Source: Anaerotignum sp.
GTDB taxonomy: Bacteria > Bacillota > Clostridia > Lachnospirales > Anaerotignaceae
Assembly: GCA_020024265.1 (NCBI GenBank)
Contig: JAHHTW010000004.1
Coordinates: 11,931 to 75,930, forward strand
DNA length: 64,000 bases
Reading direction: 5' to 3'
The notes under the pieces were generated by a model that made no database searches, was not told where the DNA came from, and worked only from the letters and a program-made list of their open reading frames with translations. Shown here in pieces: positions 18,985-28,898 of this stretch (position 1 is its first letter; every line of letters begins with the position of its first letter). The translations under genes were made by a program, and so were the position numbers.

Positions 18985-19853
18985 CCGCTTTTTTCATTTC
19001 TTCCCAATTTTACAGATGCTTCTGCAAGCAGTACAGCACCCAAAATGAAAATACAGCCAATATATCCACGAATCTGTAGACGTTCGCCATAGAGCAATGC
19101 GGAAATCAAGGCAGCGAATACGGATTCTGTGGTAATAATCAGACCACATTTTGTTGCGGAGGTATGGCGTTGCCCCACAGATTGCAAAACAAAATATACT
19201 GCTGTACATAATATACCAACATACAGAAAGTTACATACAGCCGATAGGGAAAGGGAAGGAAATCCGTCACCAATCAAGAGCAATATCAAAAACGAAACGA
19301 CAGCAACAACCATATTTTCTACCAGAGCAATGCGAATCGAATCACAGGTAAGCAGCATTTTGCTCATAAAAGCCATTTGGAAAGAAAATGCTATGGAAGC
19401 CCCAAAGGAAAGTACAGCACCCAAGTCCAGCTGCAAGCCATCTGTGACAGAAAGCAGAGCAACACCGACAACCGTAATGGCAGAGGCGAGCAGTACGCTG
19501 ACAGTGGGACGCTGATGGAAAAATACCCAGCAAATGAGCGGTACCAAAACTGCCTGTGTATTGCACAAAAAGGCATTGACAGAAGGTGTGGTGTATTGTA
19601 GCCCCAATGTAAGCAGGAAAAAAGTAATGACAAGCAGTATGCCCAGAATACTGCCCAGTTTCCATTCGTGTTTTGTGATTTGGCGAACCTGCTTATGATA
19701 GAAAAGCCACAAACAGAGTGCTGCAACCAAAAATCGTCCAAAAATCACATGATAGGGAGAATAGCCCCAATCAAGCAAATATTTGATGCTGATGAAAGCG
19801 CCTCCGCCAATAAAGGCAGCAAGCAGCAGCATCCAATCTCCCTTATGCTTCAT
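18981..19853 (-). CDS. DMT/EamA family transporter
   Basis: about 10 TM helices, GRFLVAA, GLQYTT, ESVFAAL. Confidence 0.9.
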   Translation of the reverse strand: MKHKGDWMLLLAAFIGGGAFISIKYLLDWGYSPYHVIFGRFLVAALCLWLFYHKQVRQITKHEWKLGSILGILLVITFFLLTLGLQYTTPSVNAFLCNTQAVLVPLICWVFFHQRPTVSVLLASAITVVGVALLSVTDGLQLDLGAVLSFGASIAFSFQMAFMSKMLLTCDSIRIALVENMVVAVVSFLILLLIGDGFPSLSLSAVCNFLYVGILCTAVYFVLQSVGQRHTSATKCGLIITTESVFAALISALLYGERLQIRGYIGCIFILGAVLLAEASVKLGRNEKSG

Positions 19854-21084
19854 TTTGCAAAGCCTCACGTAGTAAATTCATGGCATTCATGGTCGCGCGT
19901 TCTCGAATTTTATTGCGTTTGCCGGTGTATTGATATTTGCTTACGGTTGTTTTTCCATGGATGTATATGCCAATGTATACCACACCAACGGGATGCTCCT
20001 CTGTGCCGCCGTCTGGGCCTGCAATGCCTGTAGTCGCAATCCCGACATCTGCACCGCTTGTTTTGGCAACGCCCTCAGCCATCTCTGCTGCTGTTTGTTC
20101 ACTGACCGCAGTATATTTTTCCAATGTTTCTGCTTTGACACCAAGGCGGTGCATCTTCGCCTCGTTGGAATATGTGATACAGCCTTCCAAAAGTACATTG
20201 GAGATGCCTGGATATTCCACCAGTCTGGAGGTAATCATACCGCCTGTGCAGGATTCTGCAATGGCAATGGTTTTCTTCTGTTTCAGCAAAAGTTCAGCAA
20301 CAACAGACTGCATATCGGTTTCACCCTCTGCGTAGACAGCATTTCCAAGACGCTCCTTCAGCGCAGCTTTGACAGGTAAAATGAGTGCTTGGGCTTCTTC
20401 TGTTGTTTTGGCTTTTGCGGTGATGCGCAATATGGATTCTCCGTTTTTTGCATAAGGCGCGATGGTTGGATTGGTTTGTGCATCAATCAGATCCTTTACC
20501 ATGGTTTCCATCGCACTTTCTCCAATGCTTGCCACACGCAGGATTTCAGATACGAATGTACATTCCTGTTTTTGCAAAAGATAAGGTTTTACCTGATTTT
20601 CAAACATGGGGATGGTTTCTTTGGGAGGACCTGGAAGCATGGCAATCATTTTGCTGTCTTTTTCCATGATAATTCCCGGAGCAGTACCGTTATCATTATA
20701 CAGTACAATGCCGTGTTCCTTTGGCACCATCGCCTGTTTGATATTGTTTTTTGTCATGGTACGACCAATACGTGCAAAAAATTTCTCTATATGTCCCAAA
20801 GCACGTTCATCCAGAACCAATTCCTCGCCAAAATATTCTGCGGCAGTTTCTTTTGTCAAATCATCCTCTGTGGGACCTAAGCCACCTGTTGTGATGATCA
20901 GATCTGCACGGGAAAATGCCTGAAAAATGGTATCGTGCAATCTTTTTGGATTATCCCCAACAACGGTTTGGAAATACACTTCAATTCCAAGCTGTGCCAG
21001 TTCTTTGGATAAATATTGTGCATTGGTATTCAAAATATCCCCAAGCAGGATTTCTGTTCCAACTGCAATAATTTCTGCCTTCAT
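19843..21084 (-). CDS. cinA: competence/damage-inducible protein CinA (COG1058 plus PncC domains)
   Basis: VGTEILLG.I.NTN, GGLGPTEDD, GTAPG, AESCTGG, TGIAGPDGG. Confidence 0.96.
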   Translation of the reverse strand: MKAEIIAVGTEILLGDILNTNAQYLSKELAQLGIEVYFQTVVGDNPKRLHDTIFQAFSRADLIITTGGLGPTEDDLTKETAAEYFGEELVLDERALGHIEKFFARIGRTMTKNNIKQAMVPKEHGIVLYNDNGTAPGIIMEKDSKMIAMLPGPPKETIPMFENQVKPYLLQKQECTFVSEILRVASIGESAMETMVKDLIDAQTNPTIAPYAKNGESILRITAKAKTTEEAQALILPVKAALKERLGNAVYAEGETDMQSVVAELLLKQKKTIAIAESCTGGMITSRLVEYPGISNVLLEGCITYSNEAKMHRLGVKAETLEKYTAVSEQTAAEMAEGVAKTSGADVGIATTGIAGPDGGTEEHPVGVVYIGIYIHGKTTVSKYQYTGKRNKIRERATMNAMNLLREALQNEA

Positions 21085-21542
21085 ACAATGTTACCTCCTG
21101 TCTTTTTACATAAAATCTGGTTCAAAGCGCTTTGAAAATGTTCATCATCTTTTTCGGTACGTTTTTTGATATGCCCGCTTTGCCTTTTGCGCTGTTTACG
21201 CATTTCACGGGAAAGATGACGCTCCATGAGCATACGTTCAATGGTTTCATTGGAATAGAAGAATCCGTTGGGATGTAAAACAATGCTTTTTTTCGCCAAA
21301 AACAATGCTGCAAGCCCATAGTCGCCGGTGATACAAATATCATCCTTTTGTACAAGATTGGCAAGAAACAAATCGGTACTGTCTGTACCTTTGTCCACGG
21401 TGGTTACCTTTACATGAGGAAGATCATAGCATAAGATATGTGCCGCATCACAGACCATGTGTACCTGTACAGTATAGCGTGCGGCAGTTTGAATGATGAT
21501 TTCCTTTACCGGGCAGGCATCTGCATCTACCAAAATTTGCAT
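21081..21542 (-). CDS. YaiI/YqxD (DUF188) family protein
   Basis: ILVDADACPVK and DICITGDYGLA. Confidence 0.92.
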   Translation of the reverse strand: MQILVDADACPVKEIIIQTAARYTVQVHMVCDAAHILCYDLPHVKVTTVDKGTDSTDLFLANLVQKDDICITGDYGLAALFLAKKSIVLHPNGFFYSNETIERMLMERHLSREMRKQRKRQSGHIKKRTEKDDEHFQSALNQILCKKTGGNIV

Positions 21543-21605
21543 CACATTCATCCTTTCTATTATGGTATCAAAATCATCCCTTGGTCAAGGGATTTTTATA
21601 TTCAG

Positions 21606-21657
21606 AAAAAATACCGCTATGTGTATCTAAGGTATCAGATACACAGCGGTATTTTTT
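21606..21657 (-). terminator. long hairpin terminator
   Basis: AAAAAATACCGCT..GTGTATCT/AGATACAC-AGCGGTATTTTTT. Confidence 0.75.
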
Positions 21658-21680
21658 GTTTGCTTTACATCAAAATCAAA

Positions 21681-22319
21681 TCAGAAGCCCAATTCTTCAC
21701 CAACCAGTATGACTTTGATCCTATGTGCAGGACGACATACACGCGTAATCAAAATTTGGTTGCAAATACATTCTTCTGAGGTACAGTTATGACAACGACC
21801 GGTAGCAGCACAGGGAGTTTTGCCTAAAAAACGCATACTGTTGATGGGAGCAGCAACACTTCTGGCACGCTTTACAGCGGCATCCACATCTGCTGCAACC
21901 TTATTCAGACTGCAAATGACAATGACGTTTTTGGGGCCAAATGACAACGCAGCAACACGGTTGCCGGTACCGTCAATATTGACCAATACACCATCTTCAG
22001 ATACCGCATTTGCACTCATCAAATAGTAATCAACCAACAGACCTTTGCGGTGCAGTTCGGCGATTTCTTCGGGAGTCTTTCCCAAATCTCTATCAATGAC
22101 TTCATAATCTCCCGCATGCAATGCCTTTGTCAAACCCATGTCACGAATGGTCATAGAACCACCCCAAGAAACAGAGCTTTTTTCTGGAATCAGAGAAAGA
22201 GCCTGTGTCAGAGCCTCCTGTGCAGTGGTACAGTAATATGCCTCAAAGTGACGATTTTCCAATTTTTTTATCAAATATTTTCCGAGTAAATCATTTCGGA
22301 TTTCCAATGGTTTTGCCAT
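21681..22319 (-). CDS. LUD (lactate utilisation) domain protein
   Basis: SWGGS.T, SANA...DG.LVNIDG.GNRVA, NKV and C-terminal Cys cluster. Confidence 0.88.
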   Translation of the reverse strand: MAKPLEIRNDLLGKYLIKKLENRHFEAYYCTTAQEALTQALSLIPEKSSVSWGGSMTIRDMGLTKALHAGDYEVIDRDLGKTPEEIAELHRKGLLVDYYLMSANAVSEDGVLVNIDGTGNRVAALSFGPKNVIVICSLNKVAADVDAAVKRARSVAAPINSMRFLGKTPCAATGRCHNCTSEECICNQILITRVCRPAHRIKVILVGEELGF

Positions 22320-22503
22320 AATAAAAAGACCTCCTTTTTGGGTATACCAGGGGCAATCGAAAAAGAAAAGCAGCACGGTTCTGTTCGAAAATGCCCACAC
22401 CATACATCTATTGCATAGTTATATTTTAGCATAAATACCACAAAAAGAAATAGGGGTTTTTATATTTTTTATGCTAAGAGAAGGATATAATCCATATATG
22501 ATA

Positions 22504-23385
22504 TTACAATGTTTCGTGCTTTTGGATATAGGCAATCCCAACTGCGGTCGGTCCGCAATGCGTACCAATGGTAGTGCCGATGATCCAAGGAGTATCCGCT
22601 ACATGAAAGCCTTTTTCCTTTAATGCTGCGATCAGCTCTGTAGCTGCTTCTGTGCGATCTTTTGCAGCACGAATCGTGCAGATCACATAATCCTCCTGTT
22701 TGCCTTCCAGCTCCTGTAGTGTCATATCCAGTACGGTTTTCAGCGCTTTTTTATGTCCACGTACTTTGCCATCAGGGAACAATTCTCCATCCTTCATGAC
22801 AATGATGGGCTTGATGTTCAAAATTGCGCCTGCCAATGCAGCTGCTTTGCCCACACGTCCGCCATGTTGCAAGAAATCCAAAGAATCTACCGTGAAATTG
22901 ACTTTGGCTGTTTGCTTCTGCTTTTCCAAAACTGCCACAAGCTCCTCCAAAGACAGACCTTCCTGTTGCATTTTGTATGCTTCCCAAACCAAAAGTCCTT
23001 GTATGGCAGTTGCACAAAAGCTATCGACAACCTCAATTTTGCTGTCAGGGTAGGATTCCAGCAATATCCCCTTTGCATTATTTGCACTTTGGAAGGAACC
23101 GCTGAATTTGGAAGTCAGACAGATACATATAATATCCTTTCCTTCCTTCAGATAGGGTTCAAATACATCAATATAGTCTTGTATGGATGGTAGAGAGGTT
23201 TTTGGAAATATTTTTGTTTCCTGTATTTTTTCATAAAACACCTCTGCGGTTAATTCTACAATTTCCTTGTAGTAGTGTTCGCCATCAAATGTTGCGAAAT
23301 AAGGTACAATGCCAATCCCGCATTGTTCACGCAGCTTTGCAGGTAAATCACAGGAACTGTCAGCGATGATTTGATAAGGTCGCAT
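22504..23385 (-). CDS. DegV family fatty-acid binding protein
   Basis: IIADSSCDL, PKTSLPS, SKFSGS, L.HGGR, LNIKPI, GTHCGP. Confidence 0.95.
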   Translation of the reverse strand: MRPYQIIADSSCDLPAKLREQCGIGIVPYFATFDGEHYYKEIVELTAEVFYEKIQETKIFPKTSLPSIQDYIDVFEPYLKEGKDIICICLTSKFSGSFQSANNAKGILLESYPDSKIEVVDSFCATAIQGLLVWEAYKMQQEGLSLEELVAVLEKQKQTAKVNFTVDSLDFLQHGGRVGKAAALAGAILNIKPIIVMKDGELFPDGKVRGHKKALKTVLDMTLQELEGKQEDYVICTIRAAKDRTEAATELIAALKEKGFHVADTPWIIGTTIGTHCGPTAVGIAYIQKHETL

Positions 23386-23571
23386 ATATTATCCTCCATA
23401 TCCGTTTTTCTTCATGATTATTTATTTTCTGATTGTAAAGCAAAGATATGGCTTTGTCAACGAATTGCGGGCAAAGTGATGGAAAAAAGCCCAAAAAACA
23501 GAGAATTTCGTTTGCTTTTCAAAATATGGAGTGATATACTAAAACGATGTGACAAGTGAGGAGGTCGTGGT

Positions 23572-25734
23572 ATGGGAAAGACGTTGGTCATTGCCGAAAA
23601 GCCCTCTGTTGCACGGGATATCGCCAATGTGATTGGTGCAACACAAAAGGGGGACAATTGCCTGATCGGAGAAAAATATGTGGTTTCTTGGGCGATTGGT
23701 CATCTGGTGACGCTGGCAGAACCGGAGGACTACGATATCAAATATAAAACATGGAGCTTGGATACACTGCCTATGATTCCGGAGCAGATGCAGCTCAAAG
23801 CCATTACAAAAACAAGGGCACAACTGCGTACACTGCATCGGCTGATGCACAGCAAAGAAATTGATGATGTCATTTGCGCAACAGACAGCGGACGAGAGGG
23901 CGAGTTGATTTTTCGTTATATCTATGAAATTACAAAGTGCAAAAAGCCATTTTGCAGACTGTGGATTTCCAGTATGACAAAAGCAGCCATACAAGATGGC
24001 TTTGCACATTTGCAAGATGGCAAGGCATATGATTTGCTCTATCATTCTGCACGCAGCCGTGCAAAAGCGGATTGGCTGGTTGGGATGAATGCTTCTCGTG
24101 CATATACACTGCAATATCATACGCTTTTGAGCATTGGACGGGTACAAACACCAACACTGGCATTGATTGTGGATAGACAAAAGGAAATTGATGCCTTTGT
24201 ACCACAGACCTACTATGAAGTGCTGGCGGATTTTGGAAGTTTTACCGGTTTATGGGTAGATAAAAAAGACAATACCAAAATCATGGAGCAGACACAGGCA
24301 GAGGAAATCATAAAACGTACAAAAGGACAAAACGGTGTATTGACTGCACTGGAAAAAGAGGAAAAGCAACAGCTGCCTCCGCTTTTGTATGATTTAACAG
24401 AGTTGCAAAGGGAATGTAATAAAAAATTCGGTTTCTCTGCGAAGAAAACGCTGGATTTGGTACAAGGCTTGTATGAGAAGAAAAAAATGGTCACATATCC
24501 ACGTACAGACAGCCGCTATTTGAGCGATGATATGATTGTAAACATCAAGCAGGTACTGGAAAAGCTGGCACAATCAGTGGATTTTGCACAGGAAGCGAAG
24601 CATGTGCTTGCGATGCCGAAGCTGCCATTGAGCAAAAGAATTCTTGACAACAGCAAGGTGACAGACCACCATGCCATTATACCAACAGATGTCCGTATTC
24701 ATACAGACCATCTTTCTGTGGATGAAAAACGTGTGTATTTTTTGATTGCAGGAAGATTTTTATCTGTATTTTATCCACCGTATCGCTACGAAGTGACGAA
24801 AGCATATAGTCAGATTGGCATAGACACTTTTTTATCCAGAGGGAAAGTCGTATTGCAGGAGGGCTGGCAGGCGGTAGAAAAGAAATTTGCGCCACCACCA
24901 AAGCGGAAAAGAACAGAGGAGGAAGCAGCTCTGCCAATACTCCTACAAGGACAAAGCGTGACGGTCAAAAAAGCGCAGATGCAGACAAAGCAGACGAAGC
25001 CACCTGCATATTATACAGAAAGCACATTGCTTTCCGCAATGGAGCATGCAGGTCGTTTTGTAGAGGATGAAACACTCAAAGAGCAGATGAAGGACAGCGG
25101 GCTTGGAACACCAGCGACCAGGGCTGCCATCATTGAAAGACTGCTGTCGGTAGGATATTTGTATCGAGAAGGGAAAAATCTCCTGCCGACGGAAAAAGGA
25201 AAAAAACTGATTGCGATTGTACCAGATGCACTGCGTTCACCCGAAACAACAGGAAGATGGGAAAAAGGGCTTTCCTCAATTGCAAAAGGCAAAATGACAG
25301 AGGAGCGGTTTATGGAAAGCATTGGACGCTATGTACAATTTCTGGTGACTGATGCTGCACAGAATAAAAAAGAGATTGTGTTTGAAGCCGAACCAATACG
25401 CAAAGGAACAAAAGGCAGAAAACCGAAAAAAAACAATCGTATGGGGCGCTGTCCCCTGTGCCAAAAAGGGGAAGTGCTGGAAAACAGTAAGGCTTATTAT
25501 TGCACAGAGTGGAAAAATGGATGCAAATTTACGATATGGAAAGACAGTGTTTTGTCTTATGGCATTACACTGGAGCCGGCAAAGGTGAAAAAGCTGCTCC
25601 AAGAAAAATGTTTGCAGAATATTGCGCTGGTATTGCCGCAGACAAAGGAGCATGCCATCGCAGAACTGGCACTTACGGCAGATCACAGCGGAAAAATAGA
25701 AATTAAAAATATTACAAGAATAGAGAGGGAGTAG
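23572..25734 (+). CDS. topB: DNA topoisomerase III
   Basis: IAEKPSVARDIA, TDSGREGELI, GRVQTPTL, TYPRTD, GLGTPATRA; C-terminal Zn ribbon. Confidence 0.95.
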   Translation: MGKTLVIAEKPSVARDIANVIGATQKGDNCLIGEKYVVSWAIGHLVTLAEPEDYDIKYKTWSLDTLPMIPEQMQLKAITKTRAQLRTLHRLMHSKEIDDVICATDSGREGELIFRYIYEITKCKKPFCRLWISSMTKAAIQDGFAHLQDGKAYDLLYHSARSRAKADWLVGMNASRAYTLQYHTLLSIGRVQTPTLALIVDRQKEIDAFVPQTYYEVLADFGSFTGLWVDKKDNTKIMEQTQAEEIIKRTKGQNGVLTALEKEEKQQLPPLLYDLTELQRECNKKFGFSAKKTLDLVQGLYEKKKMVTYPRTDSRYLSDDMIVNIKQVLEKLAQSVDFAQEAKHVLAMPKLPLSKRILDNSKVTDHHAIIPTDVRIHTDHLSVDEKRVYFLIAGRFLSVFYPPYRYEVTKAYSQIGIDTFLSRGKVVLQEGWQAVEKKFAPPPKRKRTEEEAALPILLQGQSVTVKKAQMQTKQTKPPAYYTESTLLSAMEHAGRFVEDETLKEQMKDSGLGTPATRAAIIERLLSVGYLYREGKNLLPTEKGKKLIAIVPDALRSPETTGRWEKGLSSIAKGKMTEERFMESIGRYVQFLVTDAAQNKKEIVFEAEPIRKGTKGRKPKKNNRMGRCPLCQKGEVLENSKAYYCTEWKNGCKFTIWKDSVLSYGITLEPAKVKKLLQEKCLQNIALVLPQTKEHAIAELALTADHSGKIEIKNITRIERE

Positions 25735-25739
25735 AAACA

Positions 25740-27023
25740 ATGGGCTATATTTATGGTATGCTGGGGATTTCTCCGCAGGTAGAGGGATTTGGAGAAAGAA
25801 TATTGGAAGGCTTAAAAGAGAGATTTACAGAAATTGATCAGATTGCGGAATACAATCAGGCAAAGGTATTACGGGCAATGCAGGAAAATCGTGTAAGTGC
25901 AGAGTGCTTTGCAGGCTCTACGGGTTATGGATACAATGACCAAGGTCGTGAGGTGCTGGAGAAGGTGTATGCTTCCTGCTTCCATACAGAGGCAGCCTTG
26001 GTACGTCCACAGATTGTATGTGGCACACATGCACTGGCAGTTGCACTTTCCGCAAATCTTGTAACGGGGGATGAGCTGCTTTCTCCTGTAGGAAAGCCTT
26101 ATGATACATTGGAAGAAGTCATTGGGATTCGTCCGTCCCCATGCTCTCTTGCAGAATATGGGATTACGTATCGTCAAGTGGAATTGCTGGAAGATGGTTC
26201 CTTTGATTATGAAAATATCAAAAAAGCCATTCATTCCAAAACAAAAATGGTGACCATACAGCGCTCCAAGGGCTATCAGATGCGCCCCACATTCTCTGTG
26301 GAACAGATTGGTGATCTGATTGCATTTGTCAAGAGCATTAAGCCGGATGTCATTTGTATGGTGGATAACTGCTATGGAGAATTTGTAGAATTGCAGGAGC
26401 CTTCTGATGTGGGTGCAGATATGATTGTCGGCTCTCTGATCAAAAATCCGGGGGGTGGTCTGGCGCCTGTCGGTGGGTATATCTGCGGGAAACAGGCATA
26501 CATTGACCGTTGTGCCTATCGTTTGAGTGCACCTGGACTTGGACAGGAGGTAGGAGCAAGCTTGGATGTTATGCGTTCTTTGTATCAGGGCTTTTTCCTT
26601 GCGCCAACGGTCGCAGCAGGTGCGCTCAAGGGTGCAATCTTTGCGGCAAATATCTATGAAAAACTTGGTTTTCGTGTCATTCCAAACAGTACAGAAAGCC
26701 GTCATGACATCATACAGGCAGTAGAACTTGGAACGGCAGAACGGCTGATTGCTTTCTGTGAAGGCATACAGGCTGCTGCACCGGTAGACAGTTATGTCGT
26801 GCCGGAGCCTTATGCAATGCCCGGATATAACAGTGACGTCATTATGGCAGCAGGTGCTTTTATACAGGGCTCCTCCATTGAATTGAGTGCAGACGGCCCC
26901 CTGCGTGAACCATATTCCGTATACTTCCAAGGCGGTTTGACATGGTATCATGCAAAGGTGGGTATTTTGAAATCCTTGCAGTATATGTATGAACGTGGAT
27001 TGGTCTCACTCCATGAAGTATGA
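25740..27023 (+). CDS. PLP-dependent methionine gamma-lyase-like / aluminium resistance protein (YnbB family)
   Basis: GYGYND.GR, GTHAL, GKPYDTL, GSLIKNPGGG, IQGSSIELSADGP. Confidence 0.92.
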   Translation: MGYIYGMLGISPQVEGFGERILEGLKERFTEIDQIAEYNQAKVLRAMQENRVSAECFAGSTGYGYNDQGREVLEKVYASCFHTEAALVRPQIVCGTHALAVALSANLVTGDELLSPVGKPYDTLEEVIGIRPSPCSLAEYGITYRQVELLEDGSFDYENIKKAIHSKTKMVTIQRSKGYQMRPTFSVEQIGDLIAFVKSIKPDVICMVDNCYGEFVELQEPSDVGADMIVGSLIKNPGGGLAPVGGYICGKQAYIDRCAYRLSAPGLGQEVGASLDVMRSLYQGFFLAPTVAAGALKGAIFAANIYEKLGFRVIPNSTESRHDIIQAVELGTAERLIAFCEGIQAAAPVDSYVVPEPYAMPGYNSDVIMAAGAFIQGSSIELSADGPLREPYSVYFQGGLTWYHAKVGILKSLQYMYERGLVSLHEV

Positions 27024-27457
27024 TGCAAAAAAAGAACATATGCTTTTCCAAAAACAAAATACAGATCATACAGTACAATCAGCAGAAAATGGCTATCCAT
27101 CAGATGTTTGTAATTTTCCATGCAGGGGATGCGGTGTAAGCTCCATGCTTTTGGATTGATATACCACCCATGCAGCATGTCAATCTCCAGCCAGATGTAT
27201 ATTGGTATGGAGTAAAATGCACCATATGGTATAAGGGAAGAAACGACATATTGCCCCTGCCAAAACAGAGCATCGCATATCAGATCCTGCGAGGTGTGTA
27301 TTTTTTTGGAGAAAACAGATTGACAGCGCAAAAGAATACGAAAAAATCATCATAGATGTTCCCTTGTCTTGAAAAAAATGGGAGCATCCTGTATAATAAC
27401 ACCAGATTTTGTACGTTTGAAAGGAATATCAATATACAGAAAGAGGAGAGAAACCAT

Positions 27458-28720
27458 ATGAAATTTATCAAGACCCCTGTAAAGGGAATGTGCGATATGC
27501 TTCCTTCCGATATGCGTTTGCGTGAGCATATCTTTTCCATGATTCGAGAAACATATACCTCCTATGGCTTTATGCAGATTGAAACCCCTGTTATGGAGCA
27601 TATTGAAAATCTGACTTCAAAACAAGGCGGCGACAATGAAAAGCTCATTTTCAAAGTAATGAAAAGAGGGGCGGATTTTCAGCGTGCATTGGATGCAGGA
27701 AAACTGGAATTGGCAGACAATGGCTTACGCTATGACCTGACAGTACCTCTGTCCAGATACTACGCAAACAACAAAGAAAAATTGCCTTCTCCCTTCAAAG
27801 CATTGCAGATGGGCAGTGTATGGCGTGCAGACAATCCGCAGAAAGGACGCTTTCGCCAGTTTACACAGTGTGACATCGACATTCTGGGAGATGATACCAA
27901 CCTTGCGGAAATCGAATTGATTACGGCAACCGCTACAATGCTGACAAAGATTTTTGCAGAAATCAATATCACAGATTTCACCATCCATATCAACAACAGA
28001 CAGATTTTGAGAGCGGTTGCACTGCAGGCAGGATTCCCAGAACAGGATATTACTTCCGTATTGATTTCTTTGGATAAATTTGACAAAATCGGACTGGATG
28101 GCATCCGTAAAGAATTGTTGGAAAACGGATATGCACAAGAAGTTGTGGATAAATATCTGTCCATTTATGAAAACCTCAAAGATGGCTTGTCTTGCACAGA
28201 ATTTTGTGCGGGAATTGGCGAAGAATATCTCAAGGCAAGCGTTGTATCGGAGATGGATGAGATTCTCTCTTGTGTAAAGCCAATGCTTTCTGATGGTGTA
28301 AAAATCATATTCGACCCAACATTGGTACGTGGCATGGGTTATTATACCGGCCCTATTTTTGAAATTACCATTGATGGCTACAATTTCTCCATTGCAGGTG
28401 GCGGACGTTATGATGAAATGATTGGTAAATTCAGTGGGCAGGATGTCAGTGCAAGTGGTTTCTCTATTGGTTTTGAGCGTATCATCACCATACTGAAAGA
28501 CCATATGCAGGGTGAAATGGGCTTTGGCAAGGAAGGTACGGTATTCCTGTTGGATAAAAACGTATCTCCAAAAAAGAAACAGGAGGTATTTTTACAGGCA
28601 AAGCAGCTGCGTGAAGCAGGTGCGGTGGTGAGTATACAGCCTATGCGTAAAAATGTAAAACGTCAGATTGAAATGCTTGAAGCACAAGGCTTCCAAAATT
28701 TTCAAAAAATATATGAATGA
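27458..28720 (+). CDS. hisS: histidine--tRNA ligase
   Basis: KGM.D, LRYDLTVP, WRADNPQKGRFRQF.QCD.D, LVRGMGYYTG, GGGRYD, GFSIGFER. Confidence 0.93.
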   Translation: MKFIKTPVKGMCDMLPSDMRLREHIFSMIRETYTSYGFMQIETPVMEHIENLTSKQGGDNEKLIFKVMKRGADFQRALDAGKLELADNGLRYDLTVPLSRYYANNKEKLPSPFKALQMGSVWRADNPQKGRFRQFTQCDIDILGDDTNLAEIELITATATMLTKIFAEINITDFTIHINNRQILRAVALQAGFPEQDITSVLISLDKFDKIGLDGIRKELLENGYAQEVVDKYLSIYENLKDGLSCTEFCAGIGEEYLKASVVSEMDEILSCVKPMLSDGVKIIFDPTLVRGMGYYTGPIFEITIDGYNFSIAGGGRYDEMIGKFSGQDVSASGFSIGFERIITILKDHMQGEMGFGKEGTVFLLDKNVSPKKKQEVFLQAKQLREAGAVVSIQPMRKNVKRQIEMLEAQGFQNFQKIYE

Positions 28721-28734
28721 TATCAAACATATAC

Positions 28735-28769
28735 AAAAAAGCGAATCGGTTTTCCGGTTTGCTTTTTTT
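28735..28769 (+). terminator. intrinsic terminator
   Basis: AAAAAAGCGAATCGG/CCGGTTTGCTTTTTT. Confidence 0.75.
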
Positions 28770-28898
28770 ATATCATAGAATCATGCACATAGGTCTTGCG
28801 AAAGTTGTGTTCAGAGGGTGTGGAAATGGAAATAAGATTGTATTGTATCAATGTTCTATGATATAATACGGAAATGAAAACGAAAGGAAGACTGAGAA

